The notes below the pieces were generated by a model. The model was given only the letters and a program-made list of their open reading frames with translations. It had not been told where the DNA came from and did not search any database. A DNA stretch of 64,000 nucleotides from Actinomycetes bacterium (GTDB lineage: Bacteria > Actinomycetota > UBA4738 > HRBIN12): assembly GCA_031423155.1 (NCBI GenBank), contig JANPEZ010000010.1, forward strand, positions 5,872 to 69,871, given 5' to 3'. Position numbers and translations under genes: made by a program. Positions 19,852 to 29,419 of this stretch are shown in pieces. Within the stretch, counting starts at the first letter, position 1, and each line of letters starts with the position of its first letter.

Positions 19852-20967
19852 TCAGCTTACCGTCGCAGGAAGACGCACCGGCATCACGAGATAGGTGAAC
19901 TCGTCGCCCTCACCGCGGACTACCCCCGGCTTCAACCCGTCGCGCACGTCGATCCTGACGGTCTCGCCGGTGGCGGCGGTAAGCCCGTCGGCGAAGTACT
20001 GGGGGTTGAACGCAACCGTGAGATCCTCCCCTTCGTAACGCGCTTCAACGGTCTCGACGGCCTGGCCCAGGTCCGGCGAGGAGGATGAGAGTTTCACGCC
20101 GAGCGCGTTGAACTCCAGGCGAACCGGGGTCGTGTCGCGGGCCAGCAGGCCGACGCGGCGGACCGCGTCGAGCAGCTGTTGGCGAGAGACCGACATTCGG
20201 CTCTCGTGGGTCTCGGGAAGCAGCTGCCGGTAGTTCGGGAACTCGCCCTCGATCAATCGCGAGGTCATCGTCAGATTCGCGACCTTGAACGAGACCTGGC
20301 TCTCGTCGACGAACAGCTCCACGGAACCCTTCTCGTCGGTTGCGGCGGCGCGGCCGGCTTCGGCCATCGCACGCTCGGGCACGATCGCGCGGGCCTCGGC
20401 ATCGGCCGTGGCAACCAGCTCGCGGATCGAGAGGCGGTACGAGTCCGTGGCAACCAGAACCACGCCCTCGCGGGTCACCTCGAGCAGCACTCCCGTGAGA
20501 ACCGGGCGGGCTTCATCGCGCGAGGCCGCCCTGGCAACCTGGTTCACAGCCTCGGCGAAGCGGCCCGCCTCGACGGTGATCCGTGTCCCACTGGGCTCCT
20601 GCAGTGCCGGGAAGTCTTCCGCCGGAAGCAATCTCAGCGATCCCTCGTATGCGGCGCAGCGCAGACGCGCCTGACTCTGATCGGTCTCGACCTCGACCGG
20701 CGCGTCCGACAGCGACTTCACCGTGTCGGCGACGAGCCGGGCCGGCACCAGCGCCACGCCGGCCTCTGTCACCTGAACGCCATCGAGAACCAGTCGGGCG
20801 GAAACCTCAAGGTCGGTGGTCATCAACGTGAGCCGTCCGTCATCGGACGCCTCGATCAAGACTCCGGTGAGCGCCGGGATCCCCGGCCTCGACGACACTC
20901 CCCGCTGAACGGTCTGCAGCGCTTCGGAAAGCGCGTCTCTGTCACACCGGAACTTCACCGTGCCCAC
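19852..20967 (-). CDS. dnaN: DNA polymerase III beta clamp
   Basis: 'TTDLEVS', 'VATDSYRL', 'SRLIEGEFPNY', 'LVMPVR'. Confidence 0.97.
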   Translation of the reverse strand: MGTVKFRCDRDALSEALQTVQRGVSSRPGIPALTGVLIEASDDGRLTLMTTDLEVSARLVLDGVQVTEAGVALVPARLVADTVKSLSDAPVEVETDQSQARLRCAAYEGSLRLLPAEDFPALQEPSGTRITVEAGRFAEAVNQVARAASRDEARPVLTGVLLEVTREGVVLVATDSYRLSIRELVATADAEARAIVPERAMAEAGRAAATDEKGSVELFVDESQVSFKVANLTMTSRLIEGEFPNYRQLLPETHESRMSVSRQQLLDAVRRVGLLARDTTPVRLEFNALGVKLSSSSPDLGQAVETVEARYEGEDLTVAFNPQYFADGLTAATGETVRIDVRDGLKPGVVRGEGDEFTYLVMPVRLPATVS

Positions 20968-20984
20968 CCCCTGTCTCTGAAAGC

Positions 20985-21160
20985 CTTATATCCATCCCAG
21001 TAGTAGTAGGTCCTGTGCAAAGGTGCACAACGGGTACCTTTTCCCAGCGTAACGGCAGGGTCCGACATGGGGAAACCATGTGCGCTGCCGGACCTATCGG
21101 CCGTATCCCACACGTTAGGCCGCCCGCAGCGCACAGCCGGTCCCCTGCTTTTCCACATGG
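20985..21160. other. oriC: oriC (dnaA-dnaN intergenic) with DnaA boxes and DnaA-trio unwinding element
   Basis: Minus strand TTGTGCACCTTTGCACA-GGACC-TACTACTACTG (boxes 21014-21030, TAG trios 20998-21009); TTTTCCACA near 21149-21157. Confidence 0.85.
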
Positions 21161-21161
21161 T

Positions 21162-22562
21162 TCAAGCGCCTCCCCTGACCTGTCCGCGGATGATCCGAGT
21201 GAGGTCCTGAACGTGACGGAAGGTGGTGTCGCGAGCCCTCATGTCGGCCTCGACCTTCTTGATCGCGTGAAGGGCGGTCGTGTGGTCTCGGTTGAAGGCC
21301 TCGCCGATCTTGATGAGCGACGAACCGGTGCACTCACGCATGAGGTACATCGCGATGTGGCGAGCGTTAGTGAGCGGCCTGGACCGGCTCTTCGAGACCA
21401 GATCGCCGACGGACAAAGTGAAGTACTTCGCCGTCTCTTCCATGATCAGCTGTGGAGGGATCTCGTTCTCGGTCTGGGGGAGCAGATCCTGCAAGGCGCG
21501 CTCGGCCAACTCGACGTCGATAGCCTGACCGGTCAGCTCCGACCAGGCGACGACCCTGACCAGGGCCCCCTCTAGTTCACGCACGCTCTGGTCGAACTTG
21601 GAGGCCACGAACTCGACCACACCGGCCGGGACCTGGATCTTCTCTCGCTCAGCTTTCACCTGCAGGATCGCTATCCGTGTTTCGAGGTCGGGAGGCTGCA
21701 CATCGACGCAGAGACCCCACCGGAATCGGCTGACCAGCCTTTCTTCGAGGCCGGACAGCTCGTTGGGAGGCCTGTCGGAGGCTATGACGATCTGCCTGCC
21801 GGCTCCGTGCAGGTGGTTGAAGGTGTGGAAGAACTCGGTCTGAGTCTCCTCGCGCTTGGCCAGGAACTGGATGTCATCGACCAGCAGCACGTCGACCTCG
21901 CGGTATTTGTGGCGGAAAGCGTCCCCCTGCCGTTCGCGAACCGCCTTGATGAACTCGGTAACGAACTGTTCGGAGGTGACGTACTTCACGCGGATCCCCG
22001 GCAACAACCGGTAGACGTGATGGCCGACCGCTATCAGCAGATGTGTCTTGCCCAGACCCACGCCCCCGTAGATGAACAACGGGTTGTAGGCCTTCGAGGG
22101 GGGAGCTTCAGCGACCGCCATCGCGGCGGCGTGAGCGAATCGGTTCGACTGACCCGGGACGAACGCATCGAAGGTGTACCCGGGGAAGGGAAGTCCCGGG
22201 GCGCCCAGAGGCCGATCGGAGGAAGGAGAAGCGGCCGGCGGACGAGCCGGGGCCTCGGGGATGAAGATCGGTTGTTCGGCCCGAGGTTCGCGCATCGCCT
22301 GATCGGTCACGAGATTCACATGCATCTCGTGACCCGCCAGGTCGCTCGCTACCTGTTCGATAAGTTGAAGATGGTTGCGCGCCAGGCGTTCTCGAACCAG
22401 GTCAGAGGGCGCGATCAGCTTCAGCGTGTCTTCATCGAGGCTCGCGGCGCGCACATCGGCGAACCACATGGCGATGGTGCTCTCGGGCAACTCAGCGCGA
22501 GCGCGATCGAGAACCTTCGTCCAGGCCTCGCGCGCCGCTTGTTCAGAAAAAGCTATCGCCAT
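21162..22562 (-). CDS. dnaA: Chromosomal replication initiator DnaA
   Basis: '[18 protein letters not shown]', 'LLVDDIQF', 'RELEGAL', 'RDHTTALHA'; likely ATG at 22562. Confidence 0.98.
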   Translation of the reverse strand: MAIAFSEQAAREAWTKVLDRARAELPESTIAMWFADVRAASLDEDTLKLIAPSDLVRERLARNHLQLIEQVASDLAGHEMHVNLVTDQAMREPRAEQPIFIPEAPARPPAASPSSDRPLGAPGLPFPGYTFDAFVPGQSNRFAHAAAMAVAEAPPSKAYNPLFIYGGVGLGKTHLLIAVGHHVYRLLPGIRVKYVTSEQFVTEFIKAVRERQGDAFRHKYREVDVLLVDDIQFLAKREETQTEFFHTFNHLHGAGRQIVIASDRPPNELSGLEERLVSRFRWGLCVDVQPPDLETRIAILQVKAEREKIQVPAGVVEFVASKFDQSVRELEGALVRVVAWSELTGQAIDVELAERALQDLLPQTENEIPPQLIMEETAKYFTLSVGDLVSKSRSRPLTNARHIAMYLMRECTGSSLIKIGEAFNRDHTTALHAIKKVEADMRARDTTFRHVQDLTRIIRGQVRGGA

Positions 22563-22564
22563 GC

Positions 22565-22690
22565 GTATCCACAGAACCTTTCCACAGCGGTGGAAAAACC
22601 TTCGGGGGAAGGCAGAGGCCACGCACGACCGGAGAAGCGGGCCACCTCGGGGGGAAGGCGAGGCGGACTATAGCACCGGCGTTTTCCACA
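22565..22690. promoter_or_regulatory. DnaA-box cluster upstream of dnaA
   Basis: GTATCCACA 22565-22573, CTTTCCACA 22578-22586, GGTGGAAAA 22589-22597, TTTTCCACA 22682-22690. Confidence 0.75.
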
Positions 22691-22816
22691 CAAGACCCTG
22701 AAGGGGCCCTTTTGGCGCTCTTTTCGTGCTTGGGCCCTTTGTCCTGCGGCGATGCCGCCACGTATACTCTGCCCCTGCCGGCCGGGAGCCGGCACTTTTA
22801 TCGAAAGGCTAGCTGG

Positions 22817-22954
22817 ATGTCCAAGCGCACGTATCAGCCGAACACCCGCCGCCGGGCCAAGAAGCACGGCTTCCGTGCGCGTATGCGTACCCGCGCCGGA
22901 CGCGCGATCCTCTCGCGCCGCCGCACCAAGGGCCGCACGAGCTTGTCGGCCTGA
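22817..22954 (+). CDS. rpmH: 50S ribosomal protein L34
   Basis: [45 protein letters not shown]. Confidence 0.98.
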   Translation: MSKRTYQPNTRRRAKKHGFRARMRTRAGRAILSRRRTKGRTSLSA

Positions 22955-22970
22955 CGGGGAGCCGAGCTCC

Positions 22971-23279
22971 TTGCGCTCGCGCGAGATCCGGCGTGTGCTC
23001 GGCCAAGGCCGACCCCTTCACGGGAAGCTGGTGGTATCTTTCGTCGCGCCCGGCCCGAGTGACTCCGCCTTCATCGCCGCGCGCCGCATAGGCGGCGCCG
23101 TCCAGCGGAACAGGGCCCGGCGCATCCTGCGAGCGGCCTGGAAACAGGTATCCGTGCAGGTAGATGAGGGTTTGGAGGTTGTCCTGGTGGCGAGAGAAGC
23201 CATAAGGGGGGCCAAGACGCAGGATCTGGTGAGTGAGATGTCGGAGCTTTTCGACCGTGCGGGACTGATGCGCGCATGA
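22971..23279 (+). CDS. rnpA: Ribonuclease P protein component
   Basis: RNR motif 'IGGAVQRNRARRILR'; follows rpmH; start approximate. Confidence 0.9.
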   Translation: MRSREIRRVLGQGRPLHGKLVVSFVAPGPSDSAFIAARRIGGAVQRNRARRILRAAWKQVSVQVDEGLEVVLVAREAIRGAKTQDLVSEMSELFDRAGLMRA

Positions 23280-23572
23280 CCTTCATCCGTGGCGTCCTGC
23301 GCCTGCTCGGGGCACCTGCCAGAGCTCTGCTGATCGGAGCCATACGGCTCTATCGGCTGACCCTTTCGGGTTGGGTCGGCGGGCAGTGCCGCTTCTACCC
23401 GACCTGCTCTAGCTACGCGGAGGACGCGATCCGCGAGCTGGGCGCCGTGCGAGGCTCAGGGAAGGCCGCGTGGCGGATCGCGCGATGCAATCCCTTCGGC
23501 CGAGGTGGGGTCGACCACGTTACGTATGATAAGGTCACACAGGCTCAGCACGGGCGAGGGGCTGCGGCATGA
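23276..23572 (+). CDS. yidD: Membrane protein insertion efficiency factor YidD
   Basis: 'CRFYPTCSSYA', 'RIARCNPFGRGGVD'. Confidence 0.95.
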   Translation: MTFIRGVLRLLGAPARALLIGAIRLYRLTLSGWVGGQCRFYPTCSSYAEDAIRELGAVRGSGKAAWRIARCNPFGRGGVDHVTYDKVTQAQHGRGAAA

Positions 23573-24735
23573 CCCGCGCCCTCGCTGAGATCCCCGTGAT
23601 CTCGCCCCTGTTCCAGTCCCTGCTCAACGGGATCGGCTGGGTTTTGGCCCAGATCTACGACTTGGTGGGCAACTACGGCGTCGCGATCGTGATCTTGACC
23701 ATCCTGATCAGGGTCATCCTGCTCCCCTTGGGGATCAAGCAGATCAAGTCCATGCAGGCTATGCAGGCGGTTGGTCCCAAGGTAAAAGAGCTCCAGAAGA
23801 AGTACAAGGGCAACAAAGCCAAGATCAACGAAGAGACGATGAAGCTCTACAGCCAGTACGGCGTGAACCCCTTCGGCGGGTGCCTGCCGATGCTGCTCAC
23901 CTTCCCCTTTCTGATAGCGATGTATTCGATCTTGAGGGCGCCCTCGCTGGTCCCGGCCAAGAACGCGAGCGGGCAAGCGATCTACGAGGTGCACAACAGC
24001 CATCTTCCTATCGACAGCGAGCTCTTCCGGACGGTGATCACCCACGAGGAGACCCAGTTCCTCGGGCTCGACCTAGCCTGCTCCGCCTCCCAGGCGGGTA
24101 CTCAAGCCGGCCAGAGCGACAGCGCCGGGGAGCCACTGGTGGAGGGCACGCCTATCGCAGCCGATGACGGCTCCGAGCTCCCATTCACGGTCACCGCCTC
24201 GACGATGCTCGATTGCGGCCAGGGGATCCCAACCAAGATCCCCTACTTCATGTTCCTGATCTTGATGATCGGTTCGACCTTCTACCAGCAGCGACAGATG
24301 CAGAAAGCCAGCCCCCCGGGCGCGATGTCACAACAGCAGCAGGCGATCATGAAGGTGATGCCGGTCATGTTCGGGGTGTTCGGTTTCCAGTTCGCCTCAG
24401 GACTGGTCATCTACTGGACGGTCTCGAACCTGCTTCAGATAGGCCAGCAGTACGGCCTGCTCAAGGCCGGTCATATCGGACCCGACGCGCTTGAGCGACG
24501 CGCGGCCCAGCAGGCGACGAGACCGCAGAAGAAGCCGGGCCGCCTCGCGAGCATGATGGACCAGGCCGCTGAAGAACGTAAGCGCCGTGAAGCGGCTACG
24601 GGCAAGCGCCCGACCAAGCCAGGCGCGAGCAAGGGCGGCAAGCCGGGCGCTTCGGGCCAGAAGAAGCCCGCGCCCGGAAGCAAGCCGACGCCCAAGAAGA
24701 AGAAGCCAGGAGGCAGCGGTGGCAAAGCAAACTGA
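23569..24735 (+). CDS. yidC: Membrane protein insertase YidC
   Basis: 'YGVAIVILTILIRVILLPL', 'NPFGGCLP', 'GLVIYWTVSNL'; Lys-rich C-terminal tail. Confidence 0.95.
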   Translation: MTRALAEIPVISPLFQSLLNGIGWVLAQIYDLVGNYGVAIVILTILIRVILLPLGIKQIKSMQAMQAVGPKVKELQKKYKGNKAKINEETMKLYSQYGVNPFGGCLPMLLTFPFLIAMYSILRAPSLVPAKNASGQAIYEVHNSHLPIDSELFRTVITHEETQFLGLDLACSASQAGTQAGQSDSAGEPLVEGTPIAADDGSELPFTVTASTMLDCGQGIPTKIPYFMFLILMIGSTFYQQRQMQKASPPGAMSQQQQAIMKVMPVMFGVFGFQFASGLVIYWTVSNLLQIGQQYGLLKAGHIGPDALERRAAQQATRPQKKPGRLASMMDQAAEERKRREAATGKRPTKPGASKGGKPGASGQKKPAPGSKPTPKKKKPGGSGGKAN

Positions 24736-25372
24736 GCAGCGCGGTTCAACCGTGGAGGAGGCCGTAGAGGCCGCCCTCGCCGAGCTCGGGATCACCGAGC
24801 AGGAAGCTCGGATCGAGGTCCTCCAGGAGCCCAAAGGGGGCTTCCTCGGAGTGGGCTCGCAGGAGGCCCTGGTCAGGGTAAGCGTCAGGTCCGAGCAACC
24901 CGACCCTGAGGAGTTGGAGGACCAGGCCGACGCGGTCGCGGACTTCATAGATGAGCTGATGATCAAGATGGACCTGGATGCCCACGCCGAGCCTGTGCTC
25001 CATGGCTCACACATGTACGTGGATATCGTCGGAGATGACGACGATGACCTAGCCCTGCTCATCGGTCGCCACGGCCAGACCCTCGAGGCCATCCAGGAGC
25101 TCACGCGAATGGCCGTCGGCCGCCGGCTGGACGAGCGCGTTCGCGTGATGGTCGACGTCGAGGACTACCGCAAGCGCCGTGAAGAGCGGCTCGTCTCCCG
25201 GGCTCAGGAGATCGCATCCCGAGTGGCGAAGACCGGACGCGAGGAGGAACTCGACCCGATGAACCCCTACGAGCGCAAGCTCGTCCACGACGCTGTGGCC
25301 GAGGTGACGGGGGTAGAGAGCACCTCACGAGGCGAGGAACCCAACCGCTTCGTGGTGATCCGGAAGCGCTAG
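24719..25372 (+). CDS. jag: RNA-binding protein Jag/EloR (Jag_N, KH, R3H)
   Basis: 'GSTVEEAV', 'KGGFLGVG', KH 'LIGRHGQTLEAIQ', R3H 'ERKLVHD'. Confidence 0.95.
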   Translation: MAKQTEQRGSTVEEAVEAALAELGITEQEARIEVLQEPKGGFLGVGSQEALVRVSVRSEQPDPEELEDQADAVADFIDELMIKMDLDAHAEPVLHGSHMYVDIVGDDDDDLALLIGRHGQTLEAIQELTRMAVGRRLDERVRVMVDVEDYRKRREERLVSRAQEIASRVAKTGREEELDPMNPYERKLVHDAVAEVTGVESTSRGEEPNRFVVIRKR

Positions 25373-25449
25373 TCGCAAGGCCGGCGGCCCCTGCGGCCGA
25401 TCGGAAGACCCCCTACGATGTCGGTCGTGGCCATCGAGCCCCTCGGAGC

Positions 25450-26055
25450 GTGTTTCACGTGAAACATGACGGTTGGAGCCCCAACGCGTTCGGACTGGAT
25501 GAGGGCCAAGTTCGAGGTCTGGAGATCTTCGGATCCCTGCTGGTCGAGCGGGCTATCCCGCTGGGGATGTTGGCGGCTGGGGACGCCGGGCGCCTTTGGG
25601 ACCGACACATCGTGGATTCGCTGAGGGCGGTTTCGGCCGTTCGGGTGGAAGACGGGGATGCCTACGACATAGGGTCAGGAGCCGGGCTGCCGGGTGTGGT
25701 CATCGCTCTGGCCAGGCCGGGGGTCCGTATGACGCTGGTGGAGCCTCGGAGGAACCGGGCCGCGTTCCTGGAGCTGGCAATCGAGAGGCTTGAGCTCGGT
25801 AACGCCAGGGTCCATGTCGGGCCGATCGCGGAGATCACCGAACCTGTCGACATATGTTTCGCCCGGGCATTCTCGGACGCCAGAGGGTCCTGGGCCGCCG
25901 CAAACCGTCTCCTTAGACCAGGGGGCGTGCTCGCTTACTTCGCCGGTGAGGCGTTCGATGAGGCCAGAGACGTGCCTAGCGGGGTCTCGGCGAGCATCGT
26001 CGAAGAGACTTCTCTTGCAAGCTCAGGCGCGCTGGTTATCATGGCCCGGCAGTGA
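25450..26055 (+). CDS. rsmG: 16S rRNA m7G527 methyltransferase RsmG (GidB)
   Basis: 'LWDRHIVDSL', SAM motif 'DIGSGAGLPG', 'LVEPRRNRAAFL'. Confidence 0.93.
   Translation: MFHVKHDGWSPNAFGLDEGQVRGLEIFGSLLVERAIPLGMLAAGDAGRLWDRHIVDSLRAVSAVRVEDGDAYDIGSGAGLPGVVIALARPGVRMTLVEPRRNRAAFLELAIERLELGNARVHVGPIAEITEPVDICFARAFSDARGSWAAANRLLRPGGVLAYFAGEAFDEARDVPSGVSASIVEETSLASSGALVIMARQ
25451..25466. promoter_or_regulatory. parS: parS site
   Basis: Perfect consensus palindrome TGTTTCACGTGAAACA, overlapping the rsmG start. Confidence 0.95.
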
Positions 26056-27554
26056 CTAAGCGCACTTCCGGCGCCAGCGCCAACTCCGGCAAGCCATCCT
26101 CTTCTTCACGCGCGCCCTCCAAGGGCGGTGCCAAGAAGGCTCGGAAGCCCTCGGGAGCGCCGAAGGCGGCTCCCCGCAAAGGGGCTCGCATCATCGCCAT
26201 CGCCAATCCGAAGGGCGGTGTGGGCAAGAGCACGACCGCTGTCAGTCTGGGCGCGGCCTTGGCTGAGGACGGCTACCGCGTGCTCGTCATCGACCTGGAC
26301 CCCCAAGGCAACGCATCCACCGGCATGGGGATCCGGCACGAGGCTCGCGAGGTGACCATCTACGATGTCCTCGTTTCGGATGCTCCGTTCGAGGCAGCGA
26401 TCGTGCCCACTGCCGTTGAGGGGCTCTCTGCGATCCCCTCAACCATAGATCTGGCGGGGGCGGAGATAGAGCTGGTGAGCCAGTTCTCCCGGGAGCTGAA
26501 ACTGCGGAAGGCCCTGGAGCCCGTACAGAAGGGGAATCTGTATGACTTCGTCCTATTCGACTGTCCTCCCTCCCTCGGGCTGCTCACGGTCAATGCGCTT
26601 GCTGCCGCTCGCGAGCTGATAGTTCCGATCCAGTGCGAGTACTACGCCCTGGAGGGCCTAGGCCAGCTCCTTCGCAACGTGCGGCTGGTCCAGCAGAACA
26701 TCAATCCGGATCTGCAGCTCACCGGCATCGTCATGACCATGTTCGATCCTCGGACCAAGCTCTCCGAGCAGGTCGTCGACGAGGTCAAGCGCTATTTCGG
26801 CGATCGCGTGTATGACGTGATCATCCCCAGGACCGTCCGGCTCTCGGAGGCGCCCGGGTTCGGCCAGCCGATCACCGTCTACGACCCGAAGTCCAAAGGC
26901 GCCGAGTGCTATCGCCAACTGGGGCGGGAGGTCGCGACCAAGCCTCCCCCGGCAGAGCCGATGCCCTCCTTCGACGATCTGCCTACGGTGGTCGTGCCCG
27001 CCATCGCGCAGACGCCGGCCCCCTCGACCCCGGTCGCGGATGAGGATCTGGCCCAGGTTCCCACCGTGCACGACCTCGTAGAGGAGCACGAGGAGGAGCT
27101 TGCCGCCCGGGCCGACGCCGTGCCTACCCTCGATCCCACGCCCGCAAGACTCATGGAGCATCCGAGTGGAGACGCCGAAGAGGACGAGGCGGCCGCCTGG
27201 CTCGAAGATCTCGCGGCCGACTCACCGACCTCTCCGTCTTCGAGCGAGGTTCTCGCCGAGGTCGCGGCAGAACTGGAACTCGATGAGGAAGACGAGATCT
27301 GGGATGAGGGTTCCAGCCCGGCCGCGGCCCAACCCACCCCCACGGTCAGTCCCCCTCACTCCCCTTCGCGTGTCGTGGTCATCGATGACGCCGCTGAGGA
27401 CCGATTCCAGGCGGTCGCGTCCGATCCCCCGCCCCGAACCTCGGGCGATGACGCGGGCGCTGACTCCCAGCCGGTGGCCCGCATCGGGGCCACCCTGGAA
27501 GAGGAGGGGGCACCCAGGAAGAGATGGCGGCTGTTCCGAAAGGGAGGCGAATGA
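26052..27554 (+). CDS. parA: ParA/Soj ATPase with basic N-terminal extension and ~200-aa acidic C-terminal extension
   Basis: 'NPKGGVGKSTT', 'DLDPQGNAS', 'DCPPSLG', 'IQCEYYALEG', 'IPRTVRLSEAP'; stop overlaps the parB ATG. Confidence 0.95.
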   Translation: MTKRTSGASANSGKPSSSSRAPSKGGAKKARKPSGAPKAAPRKGARIIAIANPKGGVGKSTTAVSLGAALAEDGYRVLVIDLDPQGNASTGMGIRHEAREVTIYDVLVSDAPFEAAIVPTAVEGLSAIPSTIDLAGAEIELVSQFSRELKLRKALEPVQKGNLYDFVLFDCPPSLGLLTVNALAAARELIVPIQCEYYALEGLGQLLRNVRLVQQNINPDLQLTGIVMTMFDPRTKLSEQVVDEVKRYFGDRVYDVIIPRTVRLSEAPGFGQPITVYDPKSKGAECYRQLGREVATKPPPAEPMPSFDDLPTVVVPAIAQTPAPSTPVADEDLAQVPTVHDLVEEHEEELAARADAVPTLDPTPARLMEHPSGDAEEDEAAAWLEDLAADSPTSPSSSEVLAEVAAELELDEEDEIWDEGSSPAAAQPTPTVSPPHSPSRVVVIDDAAEDRFQAVASDPPPRTSGDDAGADSQPVARIGATLEEEGAPRKRWRLFRKGGE

Positions 27555-28444
27555 TGTCGAAGAGAGGCGGGCTAGGCAGGGGGCTATCGGCGCTGATCCC
27601 CGGTGCACCTGAGGTAGGGGACAGCGGCGGGCTGCTCGAGGTGCCCGTGAACGCCATCTCCCCCAATCCCAAACAGCCCCGCACCCACTGGGACGAGACC
27701 GAGATAGCGGCGCTGGCGGCCTCTATCCGGGAGGTCGGGATCCTCCAGCCGATCGTCGTCAGGAAGTCAGAGGGGGGCTACGAGCTGATCGCCGGCGAGC
27801 GACGACTCAGAGCCGCGAAGGTTGCCGGACTCGCCACGGTCCCCGTCGTTCTGCGCGATACCGGCGATGCCGACCTGCTGCGAGAGGCCTTGATCGAGAA
27901 CATCCATCGTGAGGACCTCGGACCCATGGAACTCGCCGAGGCTTTCCGCCAGCTCCTGGAAGATCTAGGGCTCAAGCAGGAGGAGCTCGCCGAGCGAGTG
28001 GGCATCTCGCGCTCCCACATAGCCAACACGATCCGCCTTCTCGCGCTGCCGCTCGAGGTCCAGCAGCTCCTGACGGATCAGAAGATCCAGGCAGGTCACG
28101 CTCGCGCGTTGCTGTCCTTGGGCGACGCCGAGGCCCAGAACGCCCTGGGACTGCGTACCGCGGCCGAGGACCTATCGGTTCGCGAGGTCGAAGAACTCGT
28201 TCGGCGCTATATAGAGGGCCCGCCCCCCAAGCCGGACAAAGCAGAGCCGGCTCAGAAGCCGCCCCCTACGGACACAGCCATGGCCGAGGTCGAAGAGATC
28301 CTCTCCGAGCAGTTGGCGACGCGGGTCGTCATCAAGATGGGAAAGAAGCGAGGACAGGTCCTCATCGATTTCGGTTCCGCGGATGATCTTGAAAGGATCG
28401 TGTCGGAGATCATCGGCTCGGGTCCGGGGTTGGCCCCAGACTAG
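27551..28444 (+). CDS. parB: ParB/Spo0J partitioning protein
   Basis: 'GGLGRGLSALIP', 'IAGERRLRAA', 'ENIHREDL', HTH 'SRSHIANTIRLL'. Confidence 0.97.
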   Translation: MMSKRGGLGRGLSALIPGAPEVGDSGGLLEVPVNAISPNPKQPRTHWDETEIAALAASIREVGILQPIVVRKSEGGYELIAGERRLRAAKVAGLATVPVVLRDTGDADLLREALIENIHREDLGPMELAEAFRQLLEDLGLKQEELAERVGISRSHIANTIRLLALPLEVQQLLTDQKIQAGHARALLSLGDAEAQNALGLRTAAEDLSVREVEELVRRYIEGPPPKPDKAEPAQKPPPTDTAMAEVEEILSEQLATRVVIKMGKKRGQVLIDFGSADDLERIVSEIIGSGPGLAPD

Positions 28445-28462
28445 TCTGAGACAGACTAGTCT
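28437..28462. repeat. Tandem pair of palindromes, also one long hairpin, between convergent parB and ddl-like genes
   Basis: CAGACTAGTCTG-AGA-CAGACTAGTCT. Confidence 0.7.
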
Positions 28463-28486
28463 TCAGGAATGCCTGCGCTGCAAGTC

Positions 28487-29419
28487 TTATCGTGACAGCG
28501 CTGATTCCAGTACCTGCTCGCAGAGCTGAGCAAGCGAGCGGCCGGAGGCCTGAGCTGCCATCGGAAGCAGACTCGTCTCGGTCATCCCCGGCGAGACGTT
28601 GACCTCGAGAACCCACGGCAAGCCGCTGCCATCGACGATCATGTCGACCCTCGTCACGTCCCGAAGTCCCAAGGCTGAGACCGACATCAAGGCTTGAGCG
28701 ACGCTCGCGGCGGCGACCTCCTCGCTGACCCTGGCGGGGGCGAAGTACTCGGTGGCGCCGGCTGTATATCTGGCCGCGTAGTCGTAGACGCCGTTCTTCG
28801 GGACGATCTCGACCAAGGGAAGGGCCTCAGGCGGAGTTCCTAGGAGGCCTGCAGCCACCTCCGAACCCTCGATCTTGGCTTCAACGACCGCTGCGCCTGA
28901 GAAGGACAACGCAGCCATCACGGCCGCGGCCAGGTCTACCTCTCGTTCGACGGTTCCCACCCCCAGCGCTGAACCCGAGCGAGATGGCTTTACCACGCAC
29001 GGGAGCCCTACCCGTTCCACCGCCTTGCCGAGCGCGGCGCCGGCGCCCAGGTCGCGCAGAGCCCACCCCTCGATGGCGACCCAGGGAGGGGTCCGGACCC
29101 CGGCCCGCGCCAAAGCGTCCTTGGCCAGCACCTTGTCGAAAGCGATCTCACACTCGAAGGCGGCCGTTCCTGTGTAAGCGATACCCAGGAGGTCGAGTAG
29201 CCTCTGGACCGTTCCGTCCTCGCCCTCCTTTCCGTGTAAGGCCAGGTAGCAGATGTCGGGTTCTTGCTTCTGCAGTGCTTCTGCGAGCGGCACCTCGCCC
29301 GGATCCAGAAGGTATGCGTCATGGGCGAGAGAGGCCAGGGCCGTGACGATGCGATGACCAGAGCGCAGCGAGACGTCTCGTTCGGGGGTCCGACCGCCGG
29401 CTAGGACGGCGACCTTCAT
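28487..29419 (-). CDS. ddl: D-Ala-D-Ala ligase family ATP-grasp protein
   Basis: 'GGRTPERDVSLRSG', 'LHGKEGEDGTVQ', 'YDYAARY', 'LEVNVSPGMT'. Confidence 0.85.
   Translation of the reverse strand: MKVAVLAGGRTPERDVSLRSGHRIVTALASLAHDAYLLDPGEVPLAEALQKQEPDICYLALHGKEGEDGTVQRLLDLLGIAYTGTAAFECEIAFDKVLAKDALARAGVRTPPWVAIEGWALRDLGAGAALGKAVERVGLPCVVKPSRSGSALGVGTVEREVDLAAAVMAALSFSGAAVVEAKIEGSEVAAGLLGTPPEALPLVEIVPKNGVYDYAARYTAGATEYFAPARVSEEVAAASVAQALMSVSALGLRDVTRVDMIVDGSGLPWVLEVNVSPGMTETSLLPMAAQASGRSLAQLCEQVLESALSR

Noticed and set aside
18367-20088. 573-aa + strand ORF antisense to dciA/recF/dnaN
   Set aside because: Shadow ORF caused by high-GC codon bias; no motifs; the opposite strand encodes conserved genes
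22563-22622. 20-aa N-terminal extension of DnaA in the ORF track
   Set aside because: The region consists of DnaA boxes; ATG 22562 fits the start of domain I
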